DNA of 64,000 nucleotides from Pirellulales bacterium (lineage in GTDB: Bacteria; Planctomycetota; Planctomycetia; Pirellulales; JAICIG01), in the NCBI GenBank assembly GCA_040901675.1, contig JBBDYJ010000010.1, positions 372,072 through 436,071 of the forward strand. Reading direction: 5' to 3'. Below the pieces are notes generated by a model. That model did no database searches. It was not told the DNA's origin and saw nothing but the letters and a program-made list of their open reading frames with translations. The position numbers and the translations under genes were made by a program. Of the stretch, positions 9,595 to 19,779 are shown piece after piece; the stretch's first letter is position 1, and each line of letters starts with the position of its first letter.

Positions 9595-11358
9595 GTGTTC
9601 AGCGAAGGGTCGCGAAGCGAAGTGTCCGGGGCGGATCCAACAGGCCAATCGGCCGGCAGCCAGCAGCCGTCGCATCCCAGCGCCGCCAAACCCCAGGTGC
9701 GGCAGCCTGGCGTGGAGCAAACCGGCCAGCCGGAATCGGCCCAACAAGCCGCATCGCCGCAAGCCGACCAGCCGGCGGAGACCCCCGCTCCGGCGGTGAG
9801 TATTCCACCGCCCCAGCGGATCAAGATCGGCTCGCAACGTCCGGCCAGCCCGCCGGTCAAGGCCACACCGCCGTTGTCGGCCGTTCCACCCGCCGGCCAT
9901 CCCGCATCGCAATCTCCTGCTTCACCCCCCGTCCACAGCGAAGCGCCGCCCGCCACGCCGCCGCACACGAGCCCGACGCGCGAGCGAGAGGACCACCCAC
10001 TCCACTCCACTGCCGCCGCCACGCCGCCGACCCAGTCCGAACAGCAGCCTGCCGAAGCCCAGACGGAACCCGCGCCGCGATCGAAGAAAAAACGTGAAGC
10101 AGCCGTCGAGCGGCCGCGCAAGTTTCCCGTCCCCAACATCCGCGGTGAACTGCCGCTGGAATTGGAGTTGGAGGTCGCCGCCGCGCTGGGCGGCCTCTCG
10201 CTCGACGAAGTGCTCGACCCGGCCGCCGCGCCCGCGGCCAAGGATTACCAGCCCGAGGAGCACGCGCAGGCACGAGTCGTGTCCGTGCACCGCGACAACG
10301 TCTTCGTCACCTTGGGGGGCCGCGACCAGGGTCTCTTGTCGCTGCGGCAGTTTGCCGAGCCGCCCCAGCCGGGAGCCATCATCGAGGTCGTCGTCGGCCG
10401 CTTCGACCCCGAAGAAGGGCTCTACCAGTTGACGCTCCCCGGCGCGGCCGCCGACGTGGGCGACTGGTCCGACGTGTCCGAAGGCATGCTGGTCGAGGCC
10501 CGCATCACCGGTCACAACAAGGGCGGCCTGGAGTGCGAAGTCAACCGCTTGCGCGGCTTTATTCCCATCAGCCAGGTTTCGATGTACCGCGTCGACGACC
10601 TCGCCCAGTTCGTGGGCGAGAAGATGACCTGCGTCGTCACCGAGGCCAATGCCGAAAAACGCAACCTGGTCCTCAGCCGACGGGCCGCCCTCGAACGCGA
10701 CCGGGCCGAAGCCAAAACCCGCCTGATGTCCGAGCTGGCCGAGGGGCAGGTCCGCGAAGGCGTCGTGCGCAGCCTCCGCGACTATGGCGCCTTTGTCGAC
10801 CTGGGGGGCGTGGACGGCCTGTTGCACGTCAGTCAGCTTGCCTGGCAGCGCGTCAAGCATCCCAGCGAAGTGTTGCAGCTTGGCCAGACCATCAACGTGA
10901 AGATCAAGAAGATCGATACCGAGACCGGCAAGATCAGCCTGGCGCTGCGCGACCTCACCGAGAACCCATGGACCACCGCGGCCCAGCGCTATCCCGTGAC
11001 CAGCACCGTGGCGGGCACCGTCACGAAAATCATGGACTTCGGCGCCTTTGTCGAGTTGGAGCCGGGCATCGAAGGCCTGGTACACATCTCCGAGCTGGCC
11101 CACGGCCGCGTCTGGCGGGCCGGCGACGTGGTCAAGGAAGGCCAAGAGGTCGAAGCCAAGGTGCTGTCGGTCGATGTCGAGCAGCAGCGGATCGGCCTGT
11201 CGATGAAGGCCTTGATGGCCCGGGCCGAGCCGGCCAAGAAACCCGAACCTGAAGTCGAAGAGCCCGCGCCCGCCAGTCCGCAGCCCAAGCGCCAGGTTCC
11301 CTTGAAAGGCGGCACCGGCCGCGCCTCCGGCGGCGACCAGTTCGGCCTCAAGCTCTAG
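9595..11358 (+). CDS. Ribosomal protein S1-like protein (about 4 S1 domains, Pro-rich N-terminal extension)
   Basis: [46 protein letters not shown]; start codon uncertain. Confidence 0.85.
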   Translation: MFSEGSRSEVSGADPTGQSAGSQQPSHPSAAKPQVRQPGVEQTGQPESAQQAASPQADQPAETPAPAVSIPPPQRIKIGSQRPASPPVKATPPLSAVPPAGHPASQSPASPPVHSEAPPATPPHTSPTREREDHPLHSTAAATPPTQSEQQPAEAQTEPAPRSKKKREAAVERPRKFPVPNIRGELPLELELEVAAALGGLSLDEVLDPAAAPAAKDYQPEEHAQARVVSVHRDNVFVTLGGRDQGLLSLRQFAEPPQPGAIIEVVVGRFDPEEGLYQLTLPGAAADVGDWSDVSEGMLVEARITGHNKGGLECEVNRLRGFIPISQVSMYRVDDLAQFVGEKMTCVVTEANAEKRNLVLSRRAALERDRAEAKTRLMSELAEGQVREGVVRSLRDYGAFVDLGGVDGLLHVSQLAWQRVKHPSEVLQLGQTINVKIKKIDTETGKISLALRDLTENPWTTAAQRYPVTSTVAGTVTKIMDFGAFVELEPGIEGLVHISELAHGRVWRAGDVVKEGQEVEAKVLSVDVEQQRIGLSMKALMARAEPAKKPEPEVEEPAPASPQPKRQVPLKGGTGRASGGDQFGLKL

Positions 11359-11395
11359 GCTCTAGGCTGTAGCTCCGGTGCCTGGCGTCGGGTGG

Positions 11396-11471
11396 CTGGC
11401 GGCAAAGCGGACTTCGGACTTCGGCGAGCTCAGTCGAGTCGCGAGCTCAGTCGAGTCGTAGCGTGCCCCAG
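11396..11471 (+). repeat. REP-like family B palindrome carrying two nested copies of a 24-bp unit
   Basis: CTGGCGGCAAAGCG-GACTTCG-[GACTTCGGCGAGCTCAGTCGAGTC]-GCGAGCTCAGTCGAGTC-GTAGCGTGCCCCAG. Confidence 0.9.
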
Positions 11472-11520
11472 TGAGGCTGGAGGCTGAAGCACAACCGCGG
11501 CAGACGGCCCGGCCGTCCTA

Positions 11521-11551
11521 CTCTGCCTTCCTCCTTCCTCCTTCCTCCTTC
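11521..11551 (+). repeat. Heptamer array (CTCCTTC)n, solo arm
   Basis: CTCTGCCTTC(CTCCTTC)3 next to the stop codon of the gene at 11556. Confidence 0.85.
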
Positions 11552-11555
11552 TGAA

Positions 11556-12002
11556 TCACCAGTCCGTTTCGGCCGTCTGCAGCGTCCCTAGCACGGCCGT
11601 CTGCCAGCGTGCGCAGCGCACGTACTGCTGGTTGAGCAGCGTCACCAGGTCGTGGTGGTCGATCGGCTTCAGCAGGTAGTCGCTGGCGCCATACTCGACG
11701 GCCTCGGCGATCTTGTCCCAGGTCGAGTGGCCCGTGATAAAGATCACCTGGGTCCAGGCGTTGCGCCGCTTGGCGAACCGCAGCATGTCCAGTCCGTCGA
11801 TGCCCGGCATCTGCAGGTCGGAAATCAGGATGTCGCAGCAGTTCTGGTCGAGCCAACGACGCGCCTCGTCGGGATCCGACAGGCCGTACACGACCATCCG
11901 GTCTCCCAGGTTCCGCTCGATGACCAGCGTCAACAGCCGGACCATGGCTGGGTCGTCGTCGATCACCAGTAGATTCAGCTTGCGTGCCATGGCGTTGTGC
12001 AT
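11556..12002 (-). CDS. Response regulator (receiver domain)
   Basis: VIDDDP, DILISDLQMPGIDG, ITG, DYLLKP; AAGGAG RBS. Confidence 0.9.
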   Translation of the reverse strand: MHNAMARKLNLLVIDDDPAMVRLLTLVIERNLGDRMVVYGLSDPDEARRWLDQNCCDILISDLQMPGIDGLDMLRFAKRRNAWTQVIFITGHSTWDKIAEAVEYGASDYLLKPIDHHDLVTLLNQQYVRCARWQTAVLGTLQTAETDW

Positions 12003-12354
12003 GGGGCTCTCCTTGCTGCGACAAAAAAACGGCATTCGGTCCCAAGCAAATATAGGTTACCCTGCCGGGCGGTCCGCACGCCCCGACCCCTTGCCAGCCT
12101 GGTGCGGCCCGCGGCCCGCCACGGGCAATTCGTCCCGCGGCTAGTTGGGCCACGTGTAGCGGTTGTGACGCTGCCGTCGGCTGCCGCCGGTCGAGCGGCG
12201 GGCGACGTGCGGAAAATCGCAAACCGAAGTGCACTCATGTCTTGTGCCTCGCGGCCAGCCGGCTTTGTGAATTGTTTGTGACCGCCGCGGCTCCAGCGGC
12301 AACTAACAATTCGTCAAGGGGCGTGCAGGCAAAGCCGGAGAGACGCGACAACGT

Positions 12355-12921
12355 GTGGGCATTGGATTGGAACTTACCGAGCGAACCGACGAACAGTTGG
12401 CGGCCGAGGCTGCCCGCGAGGGCTCCGACGGCCCGGCCTTCGTGGCGCTCGTCGAGCGTTACTCGCAGCGCGTGTGGCGGATCTGCTACCGGCTGCTGGG
12501 AAACGCCGACGATGCCAGCGACGCAGCCCAGGAAGTCTTCGTCCGCTTGTTCGTCTCGCGCGGAAAGTACCAGGCCCGCTCCAAGTATTCCACCTGGCTG
12601 CACGGCTTGGCGGTGCGGACCTGCCTGGCCCTGCGGCGCAGCCGCGGCCGGCGCCGCCGCCGGGAAGGCGGTTCGGAAGCGATGATCCACGAGGCCCAGG
12701 CGCCCGAGGCCCAGCGGGGCGGCGCGGCGCTGTCCGACGACCTGCTGGAGATGCTCGATGAGTTGGACGAGATCGACCGGGCCCTGGTGATCCTGAAATA
12801 CGCGGAGAACTACAGCTACGAGGAGTTGGCGAGCATTTTCGAGCTCTCGGTCAGCGCCTGCAAGATGCGCGTCAGCCGGGCCCGCGACCGAGTCCAGAAA
12901 AAGCACCAAGGCTCGGAGTGA
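12355..12921 (+). CDS. ECF RNA polymerase sigma factor
   Basis: DEQL, DA.DAAQEVF, STWL region 2; SYEELASIF...CKMRVSRAR region 4. Confidence 0.9.
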   Translation: MGIGLELTERTDEQLAAEAAREGSDGPAFVALVERYSQRVWRICYRLLGNADDASDAAQEVFVRLFVSRGKYQARSKYSTWLHGLAVRTCLALRRSRGRRRRREGGSEAMIHEAQAPEAQRGGAALSDDLLEMLDELDEIDRALVILKYAENYSYEELASIFELSVSACKMRVSRARDRVQKKHQGSE

Positions 12922-12952
12922 ACCCGCCAGAGTGGGTGGGGATATCGGGTGC

Positions 12953-12979
12953 CTGGGGCAAAGCGGTAGCGTGCCCCAG
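12953..12979 (+). repeat. REP-like family B, empty form (CTGGGGCA-AAGCGGTAGCG-TGCCCCAG)
   Basis: Identical inverted copy at 18914-18940; variant at 45769-45796. Confidence 0.9.
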
Positions 12980-13045
12980 TTGCTTCGTAGTGACCGCATT
13001 CATGCGGTCTGGCGGCGGCGTGGGGCTATTGGAAGGCAGTTTGAG

Positions 13046-13282
13046 ATGAACACTGATTTGTTCGACGACTTGGCCACCGGCGAAGTGCCGCCCCTGCCGG
13101 TGGACTTCGACCGCTCGGTGCACCAGCGGCTGAATCGCGTGCTGGTGTTCTCGCAGGCGGCCGAGGTGGTGTTTCAGGTCTTGCCCTATGCCTTGGCCCA
13201 TTTTGTCCAGGCCTTGATGGGGTTGGCCGCGTTTACTTTGTCGGGGCGTAACCCGGCTGCGGATTCTTCGGATCACGTCTAA
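13046..13282 (+). CDS. Small hypothetical protein, possible anti-sigma factor
   Basis: Follows the ECF gene; PP.P.DF...V..RL motif then a hydrophobic segment. Confidence 0.6.
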   Translation: MNTDLFDDLATGEVPPLPVDFDRSVHQRLNRVLVFSQAAEVVFQVLPYALAHFVQALMGLAAFTLSGRNPAADSSDHV

Positions 13283-13295
13283 CAGGAGCAGAGAC

Positions 13296-14141
13296 ATGCA
13301 AACGTTCAACACGAACAACTTCGAGACTTGGGGTGAGGCCCTCGTGGCCAGTTTCACCCGCGCCTTCGGCCAGATCATCGGCTTGCTGCCCAACGTGGTG
13401 GCCATGCTCGTGGTCCTGGTCGTCGGTTACATCGTGGCACGCGTCCTCGACAAGTTCGCCGCCACGCTGGCCCACTCGCTCGGCCTGGAGACCGCCGCCG
13501 AGCGGAGCGGCCTGGTCCAGTCGATGAAGCAGGTGGGCATCCACCGCACGGTCCCCGCCATCGTGGGCCAGATCGTCTTCTGGCTGACGATGTGCGTCTT
13601 CCTGACCGCGGGCTTCAACATCCTCGGCCTCCAGACCGTCTCGACGGCCATGGAGCGGATCGTGGCTTACATCCCCAACCTGCTGGTGGCCACCGTCGTG
13701 GTGGTGATCGGCCTGTTGGTGGCCGGCCTGCTGCGGGGCGTGATCGCCACCGGCGCCGACCGGATCGGCGTGACCTATGCCGAGAATCTGGCCAATGCCT
13801 GCTATTACGTGCTGGCCCTGATGACTTTCATCGGCGCCTTCGACCAGCTTGGCATCCAGTTCGGCCTGCTCAAGGAGATGATCCTGATCGCCTTCGCCGC
13901 GTTGGCCTTGGGCTTCGGCCTGGCCTTCGGCCTGGGCGGCCGCGAGGTGATGGGCGGCATCCTGGCCGGCTACTACACTCGCCAGCGGCTGCACACCGGC
14001 GACCGCGTCCACGTGGCCGGCCTGGACGGCGTGGTGCGTGAAGTCGGTCCGGTGGCCACGGTGATTGAGACCGACGAGGACGGTCTCTTGAACCGTCGCA
14101 GCGTTCCCAACACCAGGATGCTCGCCGAGGCCGTGCGGTAG
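13296..14141 (+). CDS. Small-conductance mechanosensitive channel family protein (CmpX/MscS-like)
   Basis: Repeated P.LxxA TM helices, FGLGG, GDRV...GVV.EVG, VPN; AGGAG RBS. Confidence 0.85.
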   Translation: MQTFNTNNFETWGEALVASFTRAFGQIIGLLPNVVAMLVVLVVGYIVARVLDKFAATLAHSLGLETAAERSGLVQSMKQVGIHRTVPAIVGQIVFWLTMCVFLTAGFNILGLQTVSTAMERIVAYIPNLLVATVVVVIGLLVAGLLRGVIATGADRIGVTYAENLANACYYVLALMTFIGAFDQLGIQFGLLKEMILIAFAALALGFGLAFGLGGREVMGGILAGYYTRQRLHTGDRVHVAGLDGVVREVGPVATVIETDEDGLLNRRSVPNTRMLAEAVR

Positions 14142-14175
14142 AGTGGGGCCGGCAGAGAAGAGCGTCTCGCTCACC

Positions 14176-14211
14176 ACCCCGGGGAAGGCAACTTCCCCGG
14201 GGTCTTTTTTT
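14176..14211 (+). terminator. Rho-independent terminator
   Basis: ACCCCGGGGAAG-GCAA-CTTCCCCGGGGT stem-loop followed by T7. Confidence 0.9.
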
Positions 14212-14223
14212 GGTGTCCCCAAA

Positions 14224-14524
14224 GTAGCAGGCACACTCCGTGTGCCGTAGCGGCATCTTCTGCGACTGCCGTGTGCCACTGCTTGAAGGCCGCCGCCCGT
14301 GGCGGCCTTCAAGCAGTGTTCCCCCCGACTGCTAGCATTCCCAGCACTCGATTCGTCTGGGTGCCTGCCGGCCGCTCGGCTACAATTTCGCCCACGAATA
14401 TCGCGACTGGGTGCGGGAGGGGGACAACGCGACGCGAGCACTGCTTGAACGACGCCGCAACGCGGCGTCGTTCAAGCAGTGGCACGGGAGGGGCGGTTAC
14501 GGCACACGGAGCGTGACCTGCTAC
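14224..14524. repeat. Concentric composite of two inverted REP-like pairs (families C and D)
   Basis: C(+) 14224-14250, D(+) 14273-14318, D(-) 14439-14485, C(-) 14497-14524. Confidence 0.85.
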
Positions 14525-14571
14525 AAAACGGGCGCGCCGGGATGCCTGCGACTTTAACCGGGAAAAAGCGA

Positions 14572-17500
14572 ATGTCTGGTCATGGACGACCGCGATGGCT
14601 CTACAAGGGCCTGCTGCTGATCTGGGCCGCCTGCCACGCCGGCACACCGATCCAGGCCGATGAAACGCCGGCCGCCTTGCCTTGGCTGCGGGCGATGCAG
14701 GACGACGCGGAACTCACCGACGTCGCGTTCGTCGATGCACGGCACGGCTGGGCCGTCGGCGACCAGGGCGCTATCTGGGCCACCAGCGACGGCGGACGGC
14801 GCTGGCGGCTGCAAACAACAGGCGTCGCCTGCCGCTTGGAAAGCGTCTCGTTCCTCGATGCCCAAAACGGCTGGGCCGCCGGCGGCTTTAGCTATCCCTA
14901 CCTGCACACCACCCAGGGTGTCCTGCTGCGCACACGCGACGGCGGCCGCACCTGGCTCCAGGACAAGACGCTCCTCTTGCCGGCGCTCAAACGCGTCAAG
15001 TTCTTCGGCGGCGCCGCCGGCTGGGCCTTCGGCGAGTCGTCGGCCCTGTTCCCCCAGGGAATCGCCGCCACGCAGGACGGCGGCCGCTCCTGGTCGCCTT
15101 GCCTGGGCCTGCAAACGCAAAGCTGGCTGGCCGGCGACTTCCTCGATCCCGCCAGCGGCGCCTTGGCCGGCCGGTCGGGCACGTTGGCGGCCGTGCGCCG
15201 GCGGACCATCGAGGAAGCGGTCAGCGGCGGCCCTGGCTTGCGCGGCGCGAAACGCGTCAAGCTCGCTCAAGCGGGCGGCTGGCTGGTGGGCGACGGAGAT
15301 CTCGTCCTGGCCAGCGCCGACCTGGGCCGCACGTGGCAGGCGCCGCCCGGCGATCCACGACTGGCTGCCGGCGAAGGCTTCGATTGGCGAGCGGTCGAAG
15401 TGCGCGGATCCAATTGCTGGCTCGCCGGTTCGCCGGGTACCAAGGTCCTGCACTCGGCCGACGGCGGACGCACCTGGCAGGCGTATCCCACGGGCCAGAC
15501 GCTGCCGATCAACGCGCTGGCGTTTTGCGACGATCAGCACGGCTGGGCTGTCGGCGCCTTGGGCATGATGATGGCGACGTCGGACAGTGGCCGCACCTGG
15601 AAGCTTCAGCGCGCGGGCGGCAAGCGGGCGGCCCTGTTGGCCTTCTATAGCGAGGCCGATGCCGTTCCGCTGGAGCTGTTCGCTCGCCTGTGCGGAAACG
15701 AAGGGTACCTCGGAGTCGTCGACCTTCTCGTCCGCCGCGACCAGGAGCCAGGCCCCTCGTCGCGGCAAACATCCGGCGACCGGGCCCGCGCCGCACTGGC
15801 GGCCGTGGGCGTCAGCGCCACCGAAACGGCCTGGGCCTTTCCTGTCCGGCAAGCGGGCCTCGCCCTGTCGGCCGAGCAACTGGCCGATGGCTGGGACCGG
15901 GCGAATGACGGGCAGGGGATCGACCGGCTCAAAGACCGCCTCGTCCGCCGCATCCGCACCTGGCGGCCCGACGTCGTCTTGACCCACGCCGCGAGTCTGC
16001 GCGGCGACGACCCGTTGGGCCACCTCGTCAACCAGGTTGTGCTCCAGGCCGTTCAGCAGGCGGCCGACCCCCACTACTCCCCCGCGCAATCGAGCCGGAT
16101 GGGCCTGGAGCCATGGGAAGTCAAGAAGGTGTTCGGCGGCCTTGCCGCTGGGCAGCTCGGCCAGGTCAACGTCACGACGGCGCAGTTGGCCGGCACATTA
16201 GGCTGCTCGCTGGCCGAGCAGGCCGCCGGCCCCCGCGGCTTGATCCACGACGAGTTCCAGCCCGCCCCCGCCACGTTCGGCTTCCGGCTGTATGTCGACA
16301 CGCTGCCGCAGGGATTGGGAGAGCGCGATTTTTTCAGCGGCATCACGCTGCACCCGGCCGGCGAAGCCCGCCGAGCGACGCTTCAGACACAGTCCCACGA
16401 CATCGACCTGATGCGGCGCATGGCGCATAAGCACCGCAACGTGCAGGCCATCCTTGCCTGGAACCAGCATGGCGAAGATGACCGGGCACGTTTCCTGGCC
16501 CAGATCGGCGAATTGACCGATGGACTCGACGACCTCCGCGCCGGCGAATTGCTCTACCAATTGGCACAAGAGTACTGTCGCTCCGGCCGCTTCGAGCTGG
16601 CGGTCGAAACGTTCGGCCTGCTCGCCGCCGGCAAGCCGCAGCACCCGCTCACGCCCGCCGCACTGGTGTGGATGGTGCAATACTGGTCCAGCGGCGAGGC
16701 GGCCTGGCGCGCCGCCCGCGCCCAAGCTGCCACGGACCCCCAGGCGGCGCTCGCCAACGGTCCGCCGGCTCCCAATCGCGGCGATCCGGTGCCGCCTCTC
16801 GGCCAGGCCGCCGGCAGGCCTCCCGGCGAACCAGCCGCGCTCGAATTGCAACCGCTGGCACGAAGTCCGGAAGAACTGTCGGCCGCTCGAGCGGCCCGCG
16901 CCGTGGCGCTGTGCGGCGTGTTGCAAAAGACGCATGCCGCCGCCTACGCCGAGCCCTCGCTCCGGTTCATGCTTGCCGCCGCTCAGCGCCGCTCAGGCTT
17001 GCACCGCGAGGCCGAGCGCTTCTATCACGACGTCATCCGCACGCGCCCGCACGATGCCTGGTGGGCCGCCGCGGCCGCAGAGCAGTGGCTGCTCGAACGG
17101 ACCGGCGAACCGCCCAAGAGCGTCGCCAGAGCCACGACCGGGCCCCGCCCTTACTTGGACGGCCTTCTGGACGACGCGATCTGGCGCGATGCACGGCCGC
17201 AGCAGCTCACCAGCGCTCTGGGCGACGACGGCCAGTGGCCTGCCGTGGCGCTGGTGGCCTACGACGAGCGGTTCTTGTATCTCGCCCTCGATTGCCGGCA
17301 GGCGCCCGGCGCCCAACACCATCCCGGCAGTGGGCCGCGGCCTCACGACGCCGATCTGAGCCGGCACGACCGCGTCGATTTCTTCATCGACCTCGACCGC
17401 GATTGGACCACGTACTACCGGCTGTCGATCGACTGCCGCGGCTGGACCGGCGAGGCCTGCGTCGGCGACGCGGCCTGGAATCCCACCTGGTTTGTCGCCG

Positions 17501-17697
17501 CCCGGCCCGCCGATGGCCGCTGGACGGCCGAAGCGGCCATCGCGCTCGACGAGCTCTCCAGCGAGCCGCCCGCCGGCGGCCCGGTCTGGGCGCTGGGGGT
17601 GCAGCGCACGGTGCCCGGCGTCGGCTTTCAGAGCTGGACCACGCCGGCGGCCACGGCGGTCATGCCCGAAGGATTTGGGTACTTGATCTTCGACTGA
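14572..17697 (+). CDS. Large exported protein: YCF48/BNR beta-propeller, PIG-L-like region, helical region, CBM9/DOMON-like C-terminus
   Basis: Repeated GWAVG...T.DGG.TW; LVRRIRTWRPDVVLTH; LDGLLDDAIW...YDERFLY...D.VDFFID. Confidence 0.75.
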   Translation: MSGHGRPRWLYKGLLLIWAACHAGTPIQADETPAALPWLRAMQDDAELTDVAFVDARHGWAVGDQGAIWATSDGGRRWRLQTTGVACRLESVSFLDAQNGWAAGGFSYPYLHTTQGVLLRTRDGGRTWLQDKTLLLPALKRVKFFGGAAGWAFGESSALFPQGIAATQDGGRSWSPCLGLQTQSWLAGDFLDPASGALAGRSGTLAAVRRRTIEEAVSGGPGLRGAKRVKLAQAGGWLVGDGDLVLASADLGRTWQAPPGDPRLAAGEGFDWRAVEVRGSNCWLAGSPGTKVLHSADGGRTWQAYPTGQTLPINALAFCDDQHGWAVGALGMMMATSDSGRTWKLQRAGGKRAALLAFYSEADAVPLELFARLCGNEGYLGVVDLLVRRDQEPGPSSRQTSGDRARAALAAVGVSATETAWAFPVRQAGLALSAEQLADGWDRANDGQGIDRLKDRLVRRIRTWRPDVVLTHAASLRGDDPLGHLVNQVVLQAVQQAADPHYSPAQSSRMGLEPWEVKKVFGGLAAGQLGQVNVTTAQLAGTLGCSLAEQAAGPRGLIHDEFQPAPATFGFRLYVDTLPQGLGERDFFSGITLHPAGEARRATLQTQSHDIDLMRRMAHKHRNVQAILAWNQHGEDDRARFLAQIGELTDGLDDLRAGELLYQLAQEYCRSGRFELAVETFGLLAAGKPQHPLTPAALVWMVQYWSSGEAAWRAARAQAATDPQAALANGPPAPNRGDPVPPLGQAAGRPPGEPAALELQPLARSPEELSAARAARAVALCGVLQKTHAAAYAEPSLRFMLAAAQRRSGLHREAERFYHDVIRTRPHDAWWAAAAAEQWLLERTGEPPKSVARATTGPRPYLDGLLDDAIWRDARPQQLTSALGDDGQWPAVALVAYDERFLYLALDCRQAPGAQHHPGSGPRPHDADLSRHDRVDFFIDLDRDWTTYYRLSIDCRGWTGEACVGDAAWNPTWFVAARPADGRWTAEAAIALDELSSEPPAGGPVWALGVQRTVPGVGFQSWTTPAATAVMPEGFGYLIFD

Positions 17698-17790
17698 TCA
17701 TGCCTAGGCTATGTGGACGTGCCGTGCGGCGGCCGCCCCGCCGCCGTGGCTTGTCTCAGCCAAGTAAAACCGCGCGAAGGAGCGCTCCCG

Positions 17791-18813
17791 GTGGGCTATC
17801 TCGTCGGAACGGACGAAGCCGGCTACGCTCCCAACTTGGGACCGCTGGTGATCTCGGCCACCGTCTGGCGCGTCCCCGGCGACCCGTGCGGCGTCGACCT
17901 CTACAAGCTGCTGCGCAAAGTCGTGGCGCGGACCCCGCCCGCTCGGCCCCGGCAAGTTCGAGAGGCAGTGAACGGTCAGGCGGCGCCGGCCCGCCGGCCG
18001 AGGGCCCGCCCGATCAAGGCCCGCCTCGCCGATTCCAAGGTCTTGTACAGACCACCGGGCGGCCTGGCGGCCTTGGAACTCGGGCTGCTCTCGTGCCTGG
18101 CCCTTTTGGGCCAGCGGCCGGCCACCTGGCGCGAGCTGTGGCAACTGCTCGACGGCCAGTCGGCCGCCGCGCTCGGATCGCTTCCCTGGCATCTCGATTA
18201 CGACTGCCCGTTGCCGCTGGAAGCGGACCTGTCGCAGATCGATGCGGTGGCCCAGGCGCTTGGCGGCGGAGTGGAGGCGGCCGGCGTTCGCCTGCTGGCC
18301 ATCCGGAGCCGGGCGGTGTTTCCCGATCGCTTCAACCGGCTGACCGACGAGCATGGCAACAAGGCCAACGCGCTCTCCTGGCTCACGCTCGACCTTTTGT
18401 CCGGCGTCCTCTCGATGCTCGACGGCGAACCGGTGGCCGTGATCTGCGACAAGCATGGCGGCCGCAACGATTACCGCGCGCTCTTGCAAAACCAGGTGGC
18501 CGACTGCGTGGTCGAGGTGTATGCCGAGGGCCGCAACCAGAGCGTATACCGCTGGGGCGCTGACCAGCAGCGCACCGAAGTGCTGTTCTGTGCCAAGGGC
18601 GAGCGTTTTCTGCCGGCGGCCCTGGCTTCGATGGCTTCGAAGTACTTGCGCGAGCTGTCGATGCGGGCCTTCAATCATTACTGGTGCCGCCACGTTCCGC
18701 AGCTTCGCCCGACCGCCGGTTATCCCACCGATGCAGGCCGTTTCATGGCCGACATCGCCGCCGCCCGCGCCTCCCTTGGCATCGAAGACCAAATCCTCTG
18801 GAGAAACCGCTGA
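17791..18813 (+). CDS. Ribonuclease HII-like protein
   Basis: GTDEAGY.P.LGPLV, DSK, ALASM.SKY.RE, GY motifs; AAGGAG RBS. Confidence 0.7.
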   Translation: MGYLVGTDEAGYAPNLGPLVISATVWRVPGDPCGVDLYKLLRKVVARTPPARPRQVREAVNGQAAPARRPRARPIKARLADSKVLYRPPGGLAALELGLLSCLALLGQRPATWRELWQLLDGQSAAALGSLPWHLDYDCPLPLEADLSQIDAVAQALGGGVEAAGVRLLAIRSRAVFPDRFNRLTDEHGNKANALSWLTLDLLSGVLSMLDGEPVAVICDKHGGRNDYRALLQNQVADCVVEVYAEGRNQSVYRWGADQQRTEVLFCAKGERFLPAALASMASKYLRELSMRAFNHYWCRHVPQLRPTAGYPTDAGRFMADIAAARASLGIEDQILWRNR

Positions 18814-19012
18814 AGAAGGCAGAAGGACGAAGGAAGAAGAAGAAAGCAGCCGGAGATGCCAGAATTCTGGCGAATTCTGCTGCAGAATAGCCGTATCGTG
18901 TAACATGCGGCAACTGGGGCACGCTACCGCTTTGCCCCAGCCACCCGACGCCAGTCACCCGACTGTCTGACGCTATCCACCTTCTGCCTTCATCCTTCTG
19001 CCTTCTGCCTTT
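18812..19012. repeat. Heptamer inverted-arm cassette enclosing REP-like families E and B
   Basis: Left arm AAGGCAGAAGGACGAAGGAAGAAG matches the reverse complement of the right arm at 22 of 24 positions. Confidence 0.85.
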
Positions 19013-19015
19013 ACT

Positions 19016-19504
19016 ATGCGCCTCTACATTGTCCGACATGCCTGGGCCGGTCAGCGTGGCGATCCTGAGTGGACCAACGACGACTTGCGCCCGCTGACCG
19101 AGAAGGGCCGCAAGCGCTTCAGGCGTTTTCTTGCGCTGCTTGTCGAGCGCGGCTTTGAACCGGCCCGCGTGGCGACCAGTCCGCTGGTCCGTTGCCGGCA
19201 AACGGCAGAGTTGATCCAGGCCATTGTCCCCGACAGGCCTGAGGTGGTCGAGCTCGAAGCGCTGGCCCCGGGGTCTCGATTGGGTCCGCTGGTCGAGTGG
19301 AGCCAGCAGCAGGACGGCATCGACCTGGCCTGGGTCGGCCATGCCCCTGACGTGGGCCGGTTGGCGGCCGAGTTGATCGGCGACGGGTCGGCCGGGATCG
19401 ACCTGGGCAAGGGCGCCATCGCCGCCATCGACTTCGCTGGTTCGCCGCGCCCCGGCGACGGCACTCTTGTTTGGCTGGTCACTCCCAAGCTCCTTGGCCG
19501 CTGA
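19016..19504 (+). CDS. sixA: Phosphohistidine phosphatase SixA-like
   Basis: LYIVRHA, RPLT.KG, TSPLVRC.QTA, VGH.PD. Confidence 0.85.
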   Translation: MRLYIVRHAWAGQRGDPEWTNDDLRPLTEKGRKRFRRFLALLVERGFEPARVATSPLVRCRQTAELIQAIVPDRPEVVELEALAPGSRLGPLVEWSQQQDGIDLAWVGHAPDVGRLAAELIGDGSAGIDLGKGAIAAIDFAGSPRPGDGTLVWLVTPKLLGR

Positions 19505-19530
19505 CGCGGTTCCGCAAAGTAGCAGGCACG

Positions 19531-19722
19531 TCAGAAGTCAGAAGTCAGAAGTCGGGGACAAGCTCAAGACGGGCAAGCTCAAGACGGACGACGAAAAAAG
19601 GATTGGCCAGGATAAGGCACGAAAACAAGACGTAGAACGGAATTCATTCCGTTGCCTTGGTCCCTCTGCCTTCTGCCCTCTGACCTCTGCTTTCTGACCT
19701 CTGCCTTCTGCCTTCTGCCTTC
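19531..19722. repeat. Heptamer inverted-arm cassette (CAGAAGT)n...(TCTGCCT/TCTGACC)n enclosing a family A REP
   Basis: Arrays at 19531-19553 and 19664-19722; internal CAAGCTCAAGACGG x2. Confidence 0.8.
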
Positions 19723-19779
19723 AAATTCCTCCTCCTGATACTTGCGGACGGCCGCGGCGGGCCAATAATACGCTTTCAT

